62,910 nt of DNA, filler included, from Globobulimina sp. (GCA_003354225.1; 54 parts of 54 records of this genome joined end to end with filler, not necessarily neighbours in it), one strand, 5' to 3'; counted from the first letter of the whole stretch, positions 10,513-23,355 are shown. A program made the numbers and translations. Notes: a model not told the origin generated them from the letters alone.

Positions 10513-11580
10513 TTCAACATAATTATATGAATTTTATTACGCATAGAATAACTCATAAACACTCGAATTATTCCTATTTCGTTTCTACGTTTCGGCTCCA
10601 ACGGCAATGATTCAACATATTCATGGCAATGTCAATCAAGATCTATTATTTCAAGCAATTGGTATTTTATGCATCATTGCTGGCTCATTATTAATATACA
10701 AACGGTCGAATACATTGATTTTATCAGCAGCATTTATCACCATTTACAGCGCAGTTCATCAAGCATTTAAATCCGAATACGCACAGGTTTGTTTTTCACT
10801 TTTTGTGTACATTTCGTTTTTCAAATATAATAATATACACAAAATGCGCAGCGTTTCCTGGTCGAAATTTGTCACATAAACGTAAGCAAAGAATTTCAGA
10901 ATTTGTTTGTGTTGATAATACCAGCTGTTATATCATATTTTATCTGTGGTGTTATCAAGCAATCGTTTACAACAATAATCAGCATACTGCGTATTATTAT
11001 ATTCGCGATATTTGGATACTGTTTAAGTACATTGATAGTATCTCGCGTTCAATGTGAAATATATCACATTAATATTTACACCACAAACATTCCGGGTTTA
11101 TCCGGTGAACAAAGTTAAGACATTTATATCAGTCATACAGTATTTTTCATTGCATTTAATGATAATAATTAACGAACAGATGTAGCGTTTTGCGTTTTTG
11201 GTTCGCTCGCCTTATTTTACACAATGTATCAAAGATTAGCTATTTCATTCAGTGCTGTTATTGTTGTTGGTGCTGCAGCGGCAATGTCATATTTTCTCGA
11301 TGTCACGCAATTTGACGAAGTGTTGGATTTCTGTTATCTTTGCACTGTGTCACATACCCAAAATGTTGAAATAAATTTGAAATTATTACTGCCGATCGCT
11401 GGAATGATATCGTCCATTTTATTGGGATGTAATATTTTCGATAATACTATAATTGAACAGGGCATATATATGATGTTTGGCACATTATTGAGTACATTTG
11501 GTTTGGTGACAATATTAAGTGCGTCAAACCACAGCACATTGACGCCATCAATGTTTTCCTTTACTTTGGTAGTGATCGGC
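10513..11580 (+). CDS. Multi-pass membrane protein, spliced, partial
   Basis: Three successive hydrophobic ORFs separated by short AT-rich intron-like gaps. Family not recognised. Confidence 0.5.
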
Positions 11581-11714
11581 NNNNNNNNNNNNNNNNNNNN
11601 NNNNNNNNNNNNNNNNNNNNNNNNTTAATTAATTAANNNNNNNNNNNNNNNNNNNNNNNNNNNNNNNNNNNNNNNNNNNNGGAAATACAAAAAGAGATAT
11701 TAAATGACAAAAAA

Positions 11715-12748
11715 TTGAGTAGTTTTGATAATGCATTGAAATTGACATTGGATTACTTTGCGAGTAACAAAAACAAAGAGGTCAAGAATACGTTTGATGA
11801 TAAGACTGCTTTTGATAAGAAACTGAGTAAATGGCATAGCGAGAAACCAATGTTGTTATTTGGCAAATTATTAGATTTAATATCACAGAAACAAGAATAT
11901 GCGGTGCGGTTTGCGGATAATAATGGATTATTTTTAGGATTTAAGTATTTAGAAAGGGAGCTATCCTTTTTGCAAAATGAAATGAAGGAATTGCATTGTC
12001 GGGAATATGGAGTACAGTGTTTACAGTCGGAATTACTAAATAAACAAATGACATTGGCCAAGTTATGCAGATTATTGCTTTTTGTGGCATCGTACAAACC
12101 AAATAAAGCATTGATTTCACGCGATCAGAAATTGATAAATTGTATCGCGTATTGCATTTATTATATTATACTATCCTTTGAACAATACCAATGCGATGAG
12201 CTAAGCATTGAATCCATCCATTTGTCATCCACTTGTTGCGAAATCAAAGAGATTCGCGACCATATTGCCAATAATGCGTCGTACTGTAAATTATTTTACA
12301 AGAACATCAATGAATATTTATTATATTCGCCACCAAATAATAATAAATTACAAGTCTTGCAGTATTTATTTGATTTTTTAGACAATTTATTTGGGAATGA
12401 ATCCTTTATCAAAGTGTCGATATCATTGAATAATCCCAATGCAATCTCCAGCAATCCTCACATTTATGTGGCATTATTCAATTATTTATCCAAATACAGC
12501 GACTATGTACATTCTGCGCGTATGGGACAAGAGGAAATGATGAAGTTTGAGATCAAACAATCGGTGGTGTCCTCCATATTGACTGCGCTTGCGACCTTAT
12601 TTGGGCCCAATGAGCTATTTATTCGCGAGATATTGATGAAGGATACCGACATAAATGAGCGGATCGAGATATTAAAGACCCATTTGATTCATTTAAATCG
12701 AATGTTTATGCAATTTGAGGAGAAGAATCCATTGAAAGACATGAATCG
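11715..12748 (+). CDS. Hypothetical alpha-helical (ARM/HEAT-like) protein, partial
   Basis: ~345 aa open frame with Leu-rich amphipathic helices. Confidence 0.55.
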
Positions 12749-12848
12749 NNNNNNNNNNNNNNNNNNNNNNNNNNNNNNNNNNNNNNNNNNNNTTAATTAA
12801 TTAANNNNNNNNNNNNNNNNNNNNNNNNNNNNNNNNNNNNNNNNNNNN

Positions 12849-13916
12849 TGATATTATTATAATTGATAGTAAATCACACAAACAAGTAAATATTCATAAT
12901 GATGAGGATGAGGATGATGGAGATATACATAACGAGAATGATACAAAAAGTGAAGAAGAAGACGAGAATATTATGTCGAAGTTATTTACGAAGTTCAATG
13001 CGACTACGATGCATTTGACACATTCGCAGCATTCGAGCAAATTTGAAGCATATTTGGCCCCAAAGCCAACCAATAAAAACAATGTAAGTCAGCATAAATT
13101 GCAATGTATTTCGAATTTTGCGTAGTTGTATTCTTTGCCATATGAATCATTGTTAGATATTCAAATTGGATATGAAGAGAATAAAACTGATGGAAATTAT
13201 AGAATATTACAAGATATTTTGAAGAATTACTGGTCTGATTCGCATGATGCGCATAATGAATATGACGATGATAAATATGATGACTTTGAGTATAATCCAA
13301 AATCAATAAGAACCATAAAGTTGGCGAGTGGCGATGAAAAGGAAGATATTAATATTACAAAATCAAAGTATTTGCTGGATGGCGAAGCGGATTTTACCGA
13401 TTTTTACTATTTATTATATCATCCATCGCGGAAAATATTTCGTCCATCGCATGGAGTGAGGTTAAGTTGGGATTTATTTTGTTGTTTATGTTTATTTTTC
13501 TACGCAGTACTTTTACCACTGCAATTTTCAAATATTTTCTATACCGAACAAAGCATGATTTATGCGCTAATTTTATCTTTTTTTATTGACATTATATTTT
13601 TCATTCATTTTATATTTCGTTCATTTATTTTCGCATCGCATCCAATTAAAAAATTCAATCCTTTTTATGTTATGATTGGAACGTATAATAACGAGAAATT
13701 AAAGGAAAAATATAAAAATAAATTGGCGGATAAATTAAAAATCGGCTCCGGCGCTGAAAATCAACATTTATTATATCGCGATTTGCCAAAGAAACAGTCG
13801 GATATTCGTCCGTTTTATAAATTAATCTTAGAAATATTAGCCATGCTTCCATTGAATGCCTTAGGTTTAATACCGTCGTTGTACAGCGTGGTGAATATGA
13901 ATTTTTATTTTCGTTT
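12849..13916 (+). CDS. Cyclic-nucleotide-regulated/EAG-HCN-like ion channel, N-terminus to S1-S3 (intron 13084-13125)
   Basis: IFRPSH..RLSWDL..LFFYAVLLPL (S1), FFIDIIFFIHFIFRSF (S2), LEILAMLPL (S3). Confidence 0.7.
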
Positions 13917-14157
13917 NNNNNNNNNNNNNNNNNNNNNNNNNNNNNNNNNNNNNNNNNNNNTTAATTAATTAANNNNNNNNNNNNNNNNNNNNNNNNNNNN
14001 NNNNNNNNNNNNNNNNCCACCTGGATCCAGCGATGGATCCCTTTACAATCTCGCGGGGATGTTCCAGCAATCCGTGAGCCTGGAATCAGACTTACGTCCT
14101 GATTGAATTTTGCCCCACTACTACTTCCACTAAAAGCAAAAACCCTAATCTCAAAGA

Positions 14158-15084
14158 TGATTGTAACTGCACTCATTCTATTCTTTATTGGATCAACATC
14201 AGAAGCAGAAATCATTGGTGTTAACTGTACTATAATCCCTGGACCTATGATTAGTGGAATAGGAGCAACATCCGCTGCATCGTGTGAATGTGCATCGTGT
14301 GAATCCGGTCAAACATTAGTAGGCTGTGGTTTCGGTGGTTATGGTGAGATTGATAATATGGGTGGTACATGGGTTGATCCATCAGATACCAATACATGTA
14401 TTGCTTTGGTATATGACATTATATATTATTATATTATTATATACCCTCTGTTTCTGTATATATAAACATATAAAAATATAAACACATTAAGTCGGGGCAT
14501 GCAACCTTTACTATATATGCTATGGCCAGATGTTGCACCTTCCCATCCGGTGTAGTCTTAAGTTCATCCGTCAGTGTATCTGCTACCAATGGAAATGCAG
14601 TGAGTTCGACCTGTTCGTCAGCTGCCGACACATTGACAGGATGCACAGTGCAATATACTGCGGGAGACAGAAATTTAATCAGCGGGGCTGGTGCAGGTCC
14701 AAATAGCCCAAATGATCAAGTTGGTGCATGGATTGATACCAATAACCAATGCAATGCATATTCATTCGAAGGGGGCGCAGTTCGATCAGGCGCAGTATGT
14801 TTGGTATTAGCCAGTGGATATCAGCTAACATGTACTACAAATGCAAAATATACGAATACGGATGGCTTTGGTGAGTGTCCTACGGATAATTTTATGACTT
14901 CCTGTCATGGTTTTATTGAGTCTTCGCCGGATTTGAGTTTGAATTCGTTTTTTGTTTCCTGGAATAAGTGTTTTGTTATGCGAGATAATAATGCAAATCA
15001 ATATGCCAATGCTATTTGTTGCCAATTAGTAACAACGACTGCAGCACCAACCACTGCAAATCCAACGACTGCAACACAAACGAC
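14158..15084 (+). CDS. Secreted protein with three resistin/PCSK9-C-terminal-like modules and a Thr-rich stalk (intron 14409-14491)
   Basis: Signal peptide MIVTALILFFIG. Modules LVGC..CIA..YAMARCC, LTGC..NQCNA..GAVC and MTSC..NKCFV..ANAICC, then TTTAAPTTANPTT. Confidence 0.7.
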
Positions 15085-15184
15085 NNNNNNNNNNNNNNNN
15101 NNNNNNNNNNNNNNNNNNNNNNNNNNNNTTAATTAATTAANNNNNNNNNNNNNNNNNNNNNNNNNNNNNNNNNNNNNNNNNNNN

Positions 15185-15825
15185 AGCAATGGCAGACGTA
15201 TTTGAGTGCTGCTGATTGGTGCTACATTTAAATTGATTAAAAGAAATTTATTTGTATCGATTTTACCATTTTTCAAATCCTCATCATATAATTTTTGTGC
15301 TTTGTCCATATATCCATCTCTGCCAATTGCAATATTCATAGTATTGGCATTCTGCAGATTTGCAATAAACGTCCAAATGCCAACATTTTCAGTGGTTAAA
15401 ATTTTATCAGCTCCCATACAATTGATACGTTTAATATTTTTTAATTGTTTTTTCTTTATGTTGTTTCCATTCTGTTTATGGAAATATTTCTTATATTCCT
15501 TTTCATGAACAATTAGCTCACCGTACATTGCAGCGGATGAGCATTCAAAATCTGATGCAAATATCCATGGATATTCAGATGTGGCTAAATTAACCATTTC
15601 TTGTCGATGTGCAAATTTCATTGCTTTGGAATTTGATTTTTTATATTTACCAAACACATAACGATCTGTCGAGATTACACAAAACGCAGATATTATTTTG
15701 TAATTTTGTTTGTTTTCCAGATATTGTTTTATTTGAACTAATGTTTGAATGTGTCCATTGTGAACTGGATTAAATGCACCTCCTAACAACAAAATGGCTT
15801 CTTGAAGATGTACAGGCGCTGCCAT
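15185..15825 (-). CDS. NMNAT/NadD-like nucleotidyltransferase (HxGH family), 3' truncated
   Basis: LLLGGAFNPVHNGH, HRQEM, GAD and ISSTQIR. Confidence 0.85.
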
Positions 15826-16022
15826 GGTGTGATAGAAATAAAGATTTTGACGCTCAACTAATTTCTGTGAACGAAATAAAGATTTTGATTCAGATAGATA
15901 ACTGATCATAACTCCCCTCTGTATACCGAATATTTCCCTTACGTTTCCAACAAACGTGGACCGAGATAATGATATACATGGTGGAGTGGGGTTATCTTTT
16001 TCGAAGTAGACACTCTCTCACA

Positions 16023-16210
16023 ATGTCGCAAGTAGTCACTGGTGTTGAAGGAGAAGGAACATTTAATTTTAATTCCTGGATAACACAAAATGGATTAGAG
16101 TCTGTCAAAGGTGTATTAATTAAACCCAGCGCAACAACACCAAGGACATTGAGTAATAATACCAAACAATTTCAAAGCTTTATGTCTGACCCACAATTAT
16201 TCACCAAACC
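16023..16210 (+). CDS. N-terminal fragment of a possible SAM-like-domain protein, cut by a junction
   Basis: MSQVV..FNFNSWITQNGLESVK.. The frame runs into a copy of 15418-15458. Confidence 0.35.
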
Positions 16211-17731
16211 ACAATTGATACGTTTAATATTTTTCAATTGTTTTTTCTTTANNNNNNNNNNNNNNNNNNNNNNNNNNNNNNNNNNNNNNNNNNNNTTAAT
16301 TAATTAANNNNNNNNNNNNNNNNNNNNNNNNNNNNNNNNNNNNNNNNNNNNATTAAAAGGAAAGTAATACAATAGAAATAAGAATGTGAGTGATATCCAT
16401 ATCAATGGCAATATCCATAAACATGTCAAATATGTCTTATTGGTTGTGGACATGTCTTGCAGTATTATTATATTAATGAGAGAAGAAAAAGTTTTTAAGT
16501 GTGGTGAGAGTAAAAAGATTTTGTTCAGCAATCTTTGGAGACTACAGATTACAGAACATTTGAAGAAAATGGCAATATTCTTAGTCATTGTTTTATGATA
16601 GTATATAAAAATTGTAATAAGATGATCTAAAGTAATTCATAAAAATACATGTCTTCAGATAAATATATTATTCGTTTACTTTGGCCAAAATAAGATCCAG
16701 TCTCGAAGGCAATTTTGTCCTATCTCCAATACTTCCCTTTGTTTTGTGTGTTTGTCCGAATTCGAAAACGAATAATCAATTAACTGAAAAAGTCTTAACA
16801 TTTGAGATTTCTTGTTGATTGATTATTGTTCATCATGTATTGAGACATGCCTTCACATTGTTATAGCGCGTTTGAGTTTTTACCTAATAGTGCCATTGAT
16901 TATGTTACTTGATTTGAAGTGAATTTTGTTTTCCAGCTTGGAAATCAACAATCATCAAACATAATGACTACATGGCGGCGCTACAAGCAAGACGTGAACT
17001 AGCTTGGATTAAACAAAAAGGAAGATATGTTTATTTTTATGTTTTTATTTTATCATTTAACAAAGAATAAATAGGTTGAATTTCGAGTATTTTACAATTT
17101 GGATTGATTGATTGTAGAGAATTTTGCATTGATTTAATTAAAGGAATGTGATACACAATTGATTTGAAGGAATGTTTGGATGTTTTATCCGATGATATAT
17201 TGCTGTGAGTACGTTTAAATAGAGGTCTACGTGGTGTAATATCTCGTGGAAGAGCTGCATCTCAACGTGTAAAAAAAGAAAAAGGGGGGAATATATAAAC
17301 TTGTTGCAAGGCGTTGTGTTTTCATAAGAAATATATTAAAAAATCATTTTTGCTAAGAAACGATGCATCTTTTTTTATATATGAGTAAGCTCTCAGTGCA
17401 AGGATGCTAGTGGTAATANNNNNNNNNNNNNNNNNNNNNNNNNNNNNNNNNNNNNNNNNNNNTTAATTAATTAANNNNNNNNNNNNNNNNNNNNNNNNNN
17501 NNNNNNNNNNNNNNNNNNTCATAATCCTCATGTTTTTTATCATCTATTCGATAGTATGATGATGTATGGTGCACTTCATGATATTTTTCATCATTTATTC
17601 CAATGACAAAAATACAAACAAAAAAATTGGAATCTTAGAACACCGTTTGAACTTTATTAAACAACTGGTTTTAATGTGGTTAAGCACGTTCTTGATGATT
17701 TTGATGGAAGTTAAACAAAACAAAGAGTAAG

Positions 17732-18190
17732 TCATACTGAAACTCCAAAGCACCAAAAACCGCCATCCATCACATTCTTTGATTTTGCATAGATTATAAA
17801 TAATATCGTAAAGACACCGGCGACACATAAAAAAATAATGTACATTCGTTCTAAGCCTTCTTTTGTTGTCGAGTCAGAATCTGAGAGATCATCGATGTAA
17901 ACACCTTGCGACAATGCCCAGATACACACTGTTGCTAAAAGACAAAATAAAACCGCATTGGCAATGATGCAACATAGAAAACAAGGCGCGGTTGCTTGGT
18001 TGAGTGGTGGCTGTGGAGCCTGTGGCGATACGACATGAACAACTTGAACAGTTTGAGGTGCTAACTGTTGCACCACATGAATAACTTGGACATTTGGATC
18101 AGTCTGCACAGGGAATGCATTTGTTTGGTGTTGCCGGACTTGCATCTCCATTTGCTGTGGTTGCGTTTGTGTTTGCCACGGTGTTGCCAT
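17732..18190 (-). CDS. Small membrane protein with a Q/P/V-rich N-terminus
   Basis: ATG start, QPQ/VQVIHV low-complexity region, two hydrophobic helices. Confidence 0.5.
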   Translation of the reverse strand: MATPWQTQTQPQQMEMQVRQHQTNAFPVQTDPNVQVIHVVQQLAPQTVQVVHVVSPQAPQPPLNQATAPCFLCCIIANAVLFCLLATVCIWALSQGVYIDDLSDSDSTTKEGLERMYIIFLCVAGVFTILFIIYAKSKNVMDGGFWCFGVSV

Positions 18191-18460
18191 TGTTTTAGTT
18201 AGTTGAAGAAAGCAAGACCTCCCTGTAATTTATTTACACTATCATGGTTCAAAGTTTTGAAGTGCTTTATAAAAATTTGCAAATTTTCTATCAGAGACAC
18301 ATTGATCAAATTCTCTCCATAAATTCTTTGATTCCTTACTTTTCACAAATTTATTATTTTCCACGGATTTAACAAATATACATGGTAATATTTTTAAAAT
18401 ATGATCTCCATGGAATCTCACTATATATATACAACAAACATATTAAACATAAAACATACA

Positions 18461-18585
18461 TAATTATCCCCTTGAGAATATATACGTAGTATATACTCAA
18501 GGGTTTATAGAGAAGATCAATCATTTTTAATTATCCCCTTGAGAAGATATACGTAGTATATACTCAAGGGTTTATAGAGAAGATC
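18461..18585 (+). repeat. 67-bp tandem repeat (2 copies, truncated) with an internal hairpin
   Basis: Units start at 18461 and 18528. Each contains CCCTTGAG..TATAC-GTA-GTATA..CTCAAGGG. Confidence 0.88.
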
Positions 18586-19644
18586 NNNNNNNNNNNNNNN
18601 NNNNNNNNNNNNNNNNNNNNNNNNNNNNNTTAATTAATTAANNNNNNNNNNNNNNNNNNNNNNNNNNNNNNNNNNNNNNNNNNNNTTTATTGTGTTTAGT
18701 TGAACATCATGTCTTCTAACACTCCTCCAACGGGAACAGACAACCAGTCAACAGTACGTGCGTTATGCAGTGCAGCAGCTGCTTCATCAATACTGTCTGA
18801 TCATAGCTATATTCATCGGTTTAATGTCCCGAATCTGAATACGCGGAATACGAGAATCACACCAGAAAGATATTCACAATTACAACACAAGTTTAGTTTG
18901 AAATCCATTAAAAATCTGATTTATTTGCAACATTGCCATCCATTGCAGCATAACAACGAGTATTAATAAGACAAATGATAATCAACATACAAACTACTCA
19001 CCGACGGACAAATTAAATGAGCTAAAAAAAGACATAGAGATAGCATTTAGTAATAACAATGAAGGATATTCATATCCTGATCCCCAATCTAATCCACTTC
19101 GAACCATAACAATCGATTTTAAAAATAAAAAATTTGCAAAATATAGATCCAATTCAAAAAACAAAAATAATTCCAATAAACCATCATTAACCGATGTTGA
19201 AAAAATACTTACTTTACCAGTTATGTTCAAGTTTAATTTCAGTCTCATTGCCATAAATAAATAAACAAACAAACAAATAAAATCAATCAGAGATCAACTC
19301 TATTAAAGGAAGATTCGATTCAATTTACTTTATCACCGATACCACCAAAACACAGAGAAACAATTAATTTAATAACACCTGCTTCTGATGGCGAGGCCGA
19401 CGGTGACGATGATAATGAAGATAAAGAAGAGAAAAGCATGGATATTGATGATGATAATTCTGTTTCTCCCCATTTAAACAGAATGTCATTCGACAAAAAT
19501 GGAGTTATAAATAATACCAATACCAATGGTACAAATAATAATAATATAAGCCGTAAGAAAATAACACCATTAAAGCGTAAACTAACCGAAATTATCCCCA
19601 ATGATGAAACATCGCCATATCAGACACCAAAACCAACCAAACGA

Positions 19645-19752
19645 CGCAAATTAACCCAAAAAGCTGGGGTAATATTTATTATCAATGATCATATTGATAT
19701 CGCTATGTTGGTTGATGCAGATGGGGTTCATATTGGACAGGATGATATCCCT
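19645..19752 (+). CDS. thiE: Thiamine-phosphate synthase internal fragment, joined to an unrelated low-complexity eukaryotic ORF
   Basis: [36 protein letters not shown] matches the ThiE IND..D.A....ADGVH.GQ.D motif. Confidence 0.8.
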
Positions 19753-19852
19753 NNNNNNNNNNNNNNNNNNNNNNNNNNNNNNNNNNNNNNNNNNNNTTAA
19801 TTAATTAANNNNNNNNNNNNNNNNNNNNNNNNNNNNNNNNNNNNNNNNNNNN

Positions 19853-20303
19853 CAGCTAATTCGTATACAGTTTGCGCAGATTTGCATTCAGAAAAATGAT
19901 TGTTTTTTGAGCATATAATTTTGTCAAATAAATCTTGCCCATCGCACAATTCTAAAACAATGGATACCTTTTGTCCATCATCAAATGCATCGATTAATTG
20001 AATAATATTTTTATGCGAAACGTTAACTTTCCTTAAAATTTTAATCTCTTTTTGGACTGCAATTAACTCTCTGTTTGATAGATATTTTTTAGTTATTGTT
20101 TTTACTGCAAACTCTGCGGAACTGCATTTATAAAAACATTTATTTACTGTTGAATATGTACCAACGCCAAGTTTGTCACCCAAATCATACAATTCTTCGA
20201 ATTTTCTAATATTAATTATAACAAATACTGCATGAAGAAGGAAAAACGAATCAACAAAACTTGCGATTAGACCATGTAGCATCCAATGTTTGTGACGAAC
20301 CAC
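19853..20303 (-). CDS. CAMK-group Ser/Thr kinase, N-lobe, partial
   Basis: LGVGTYSTV, FAVKTI, EIKILR, HKNIIQL and VLELCDGQDLFDKI. Confidence 0.9.
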
Positions 20304-21021
20304 CTGAACCCATTGTTATGCTAACTCTAGCACCGAATACCTCAAATTAACTCAAACCTAGCTTTTTATCATATCAACTTCATTTATCTTTAACCTGAAT
20401 GTGATGGGTAATCAGTTTACAATTCGCCAAATGTGCTATCGCATCGAATTAGAAGAAACCAAACGGTCTAAGTGGTATCGCATAAACTTACAACGTAATA
20501 AGAAAAGTAAAAATGATAATAATTTCATTATTAAACATAATGAAATGAATAAAGTGAATAACTCTAAAGTTGATATAAAATTATTGGATAAAAGACGTGT
20601 CGTTTTTGTCAGTTTAATTGGTCTCTATCAAACGTTCGCAAAATGTCCATCGTTTATATTATATTCTGCAATTTTTGTGTTACCATTAAAATTCAATCAA
20701 ATCAACTACTCTCTGAATTCAATGCTTTTTCAGGTATATACAAGAAAGAAATCAAATATCTGCACATTTATTCTGTACACTAAATTAACATTAGATATCT
20801 GTACATTTATGGACTTTATCCCCCTGGAAAATATTACGAAGTTATTTTCTCTCTGGGGTTTTGTAAGAGTTATTGTAGAGCTAGCTGCTTTTATTGGAAG
20901 GGAGGGGAGGGGAGGGGAANNNNNNNNNNNNNNNNNNNNNNNNNNNNNNNNNNNNNNNNNNNNTTAATTAATTAANNNNNNNNNNNNNNNNNNNNNNNNN
21001 NNNNNNNNNNNNNNNNNNNGA

Positions 21022-21699
21022 GATAGGAATAAAAATGCCAAGCGACAATCGCAAAAGAAAAGAATTGGAAATTTAGATATTTGTTTTAATTTTGAGGAAT
21101 CTGATTATGACATTCGAATAAATGCAGCCATTGAAAGCGATATCGATGATAAAGATAACAAAGATAATAAATTAGATTACAGACAATTAAAATGCATTCG
21201 GTGTAAAGAATGCATTGAATATCAATGGGATAATATATTAAAAATAGAGATAAGTACAGTTCATATGTACACAAATAATTTATTTGACGGCCGATTTATT
21301 CAAACGTTGCGAGATAATTTATTAAAAAGAAGGAAATTACCGATGACATCGGATTTTAAACAAAGGGATTATGGCATAGAAATTGAGATTATTGATTTTA
21401 AAAAATTTGCATTAAAAACTAATCGTCAATTAAAAAAATTAAGTTTATGCTTTTCCAATACATGTTTGCAGATTGCGAAATTGCTCGGATATGTGAATGA
21501 TTTTGCAAAGAAAAATAATAAATTACCAGTTTTATCACAATTTGATGTTAATGCGATTAGCAAAGAAATTGCTCAAAATAAAATTCTTCCATTATTTGAA
21601 AATCCATATTATAGAAATCATCATTATCATAATGTCATTCATAAACAACATATTAATTCAAATGATAATCACAACAAAAATAAAGACGATTTGCTGTGA
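21022..21699 (+). CDS. Divergent Cet1-like mRNA triphosphatase (CYTH/TTM), C-terminal part
   Basis: The frame is open from the contig start: QKKRIGNLDICF..DYDIRINAAIE..IRCKECIEYQW..KIEISTV..YGIEIEI. Motif order is as in Cet1. Confidence 0.5.
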   Translation, partial: DRNKNAKRQSQKKRIGNLDICFNFEESDYDIRINAAIESDIDDKDNKDNKLDYRQLKCIRCKECIEYQWDNILKIEISTVHMYTNNLFDGRFIQTLRDNLLKRRKLPMTSDFKQRDYGIEIEIIDFKKFALKTNRQLKKLSLCFSNTCLQIAKLLGYVNDFAKKNNKLPVLSQFDVNAISKEIAQNKILPLFENPYYRNHHYHNVIHKQHINSNDNHNKNKDDLL

Positions 21700-23355
21700 A
21701 TAATAAATTAAAACTCTTAATCCCGTCAATACTTGTTCTGTGTCCTACTCCTAGGCCCTATATATTTTATTCAATTATCTGAGAAACGCTTTGCTAGAGG
21801 TTTGTCTTGGGTTTGTTCAGTGTTTGTTATATTACTTTGTTTTGCAAATCCACATAAGTTGAAAACGTGTGACGCCAAAGAGGTGAATTTATTATTATAA
21901 TCACAAAAAAAAGCGTATAAATACAAACATCACTAAAATCAACATAAAAAAGCGTTTCTTAAATACAAACATCACAAAAAAATAATAATCACGTATAAAT
22001 TATCACTAAAAAAAAAGTATCATAACTAGGCTTGACCACACTAACTCTTTCGTCATTTTGCTTGCTTTTTGTTTGTTGCATTGTGTNNNNNNNNNNNNNN
22101 NNNNNNNNNNNNNNNNNNNNNNNNNNNNNNTTAATTAATTAANNNNNNNNNNNNNNNNNNNNNNNNNNNNNNNNNNNNNNNNNNNNGTACTATAAATAGT
22201 CATTAATTCCAACATAAATAGTCAGAGCAGTAATCACTGATCAGCCAAATCCATGTTACATATCAGTCATTGAACACTCAATTTGTCTGACATCAAATTA
22301 AGTTCACCCTACAACTGCTTCAATGTGGCAGATACTCGAAATACTGTAACTCTAACGCTCACACTTGCAGCAATGTATTGTTGCCCCATAAATCTTTTTG
22401 GTTCCACTTCTGCAACACTTGATTTCCAATAACTGTTCCAAGACGACATACTATACATTTCACCACACACATCCAACTTTTCTTTCCAGATTGGTTCCTG
22501 TGTCAAATCTCTCCATAAAGAATCGACATCCATTTGATAAAGCACACATGCCACATATCCATTGCCATACAATTTTAACAGCAATAGGCCTCTCCGATAA
22601 TGCTGCAAATTTCTAAATACTTTTCGAACTAACTTATTTTTTGCATTCAGTTTGAAAAGTCACACCTTGTGACTAATGGATTATATATATATAAATGGAT
22701 GGGAATTGTTTTTATTAATTAAAATGGGGCAAATATCGCAACAATAAACTATTGGCCATACTCACAAAATGCATCACCTAATTTATACAATGAAATAGCA
22801 AATATTGCAAATAATGCATCCATTCCATCGCCATTATCTGTATCTGAGAATAATAAACAACAACAACACAACAACAATATTTACTACAATATCAACAATA
22901 TAAACAACAACAAGTTATCAGCGATATACTCAAGCACAAGCACCACAGCAAGATACGCATAATAATTACAATCAATATACACAATATCAACAGCAACAGC
23001 AACAGATGAGATATAATAATAATAATATAATACGCATATTATCAACAATTCAACAACAAAAATGCGTTATCATCCATCATAGAGATTATTTTGTTATATT
23101 TAGCATATTTGCGCGCATCTAATCTGTTGTGATGATGCTTAACGAGAGCAAGCATATCTTTGGGTTCAAATCCCAATCATCACATTTTATTATTTTTCAT
23201 GATATTTGTGCTGATTTGTTTGTTTTGTGTGGGTGCTTTGAGTGCAAGGACCGNNNNNNNNNNNNNNNNNNNNNNNNNNNNNNNNNNNNNNNNNNNNTTA
23301 ATTAATTAANNNNNNNNNNNNNNNNNNNNNNNNNNNNNNNNNNNNNNNNNNNNGA

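Noticed and set aside
16352-17418. Coding region
   Set aside because: All frames I checked are interrupted by stops and no motif was recognised.
20401-20919. 188-aa plus-strand ORF and terminal G-rich tract
   Set aside because: The composition looks non-coding, and the G-tract is truncated by the contig end so it cannot be interpreted.
22309-22608. 99-aa minus-strand ORF
   Set aside because: No recognisable motif; it is flanked by stops and may be a decayed element.
23162-23174. tRNA gene
   Set aside because: Only a T-arm-like hairpin is present, with no acceptor, D or anticodon arms.
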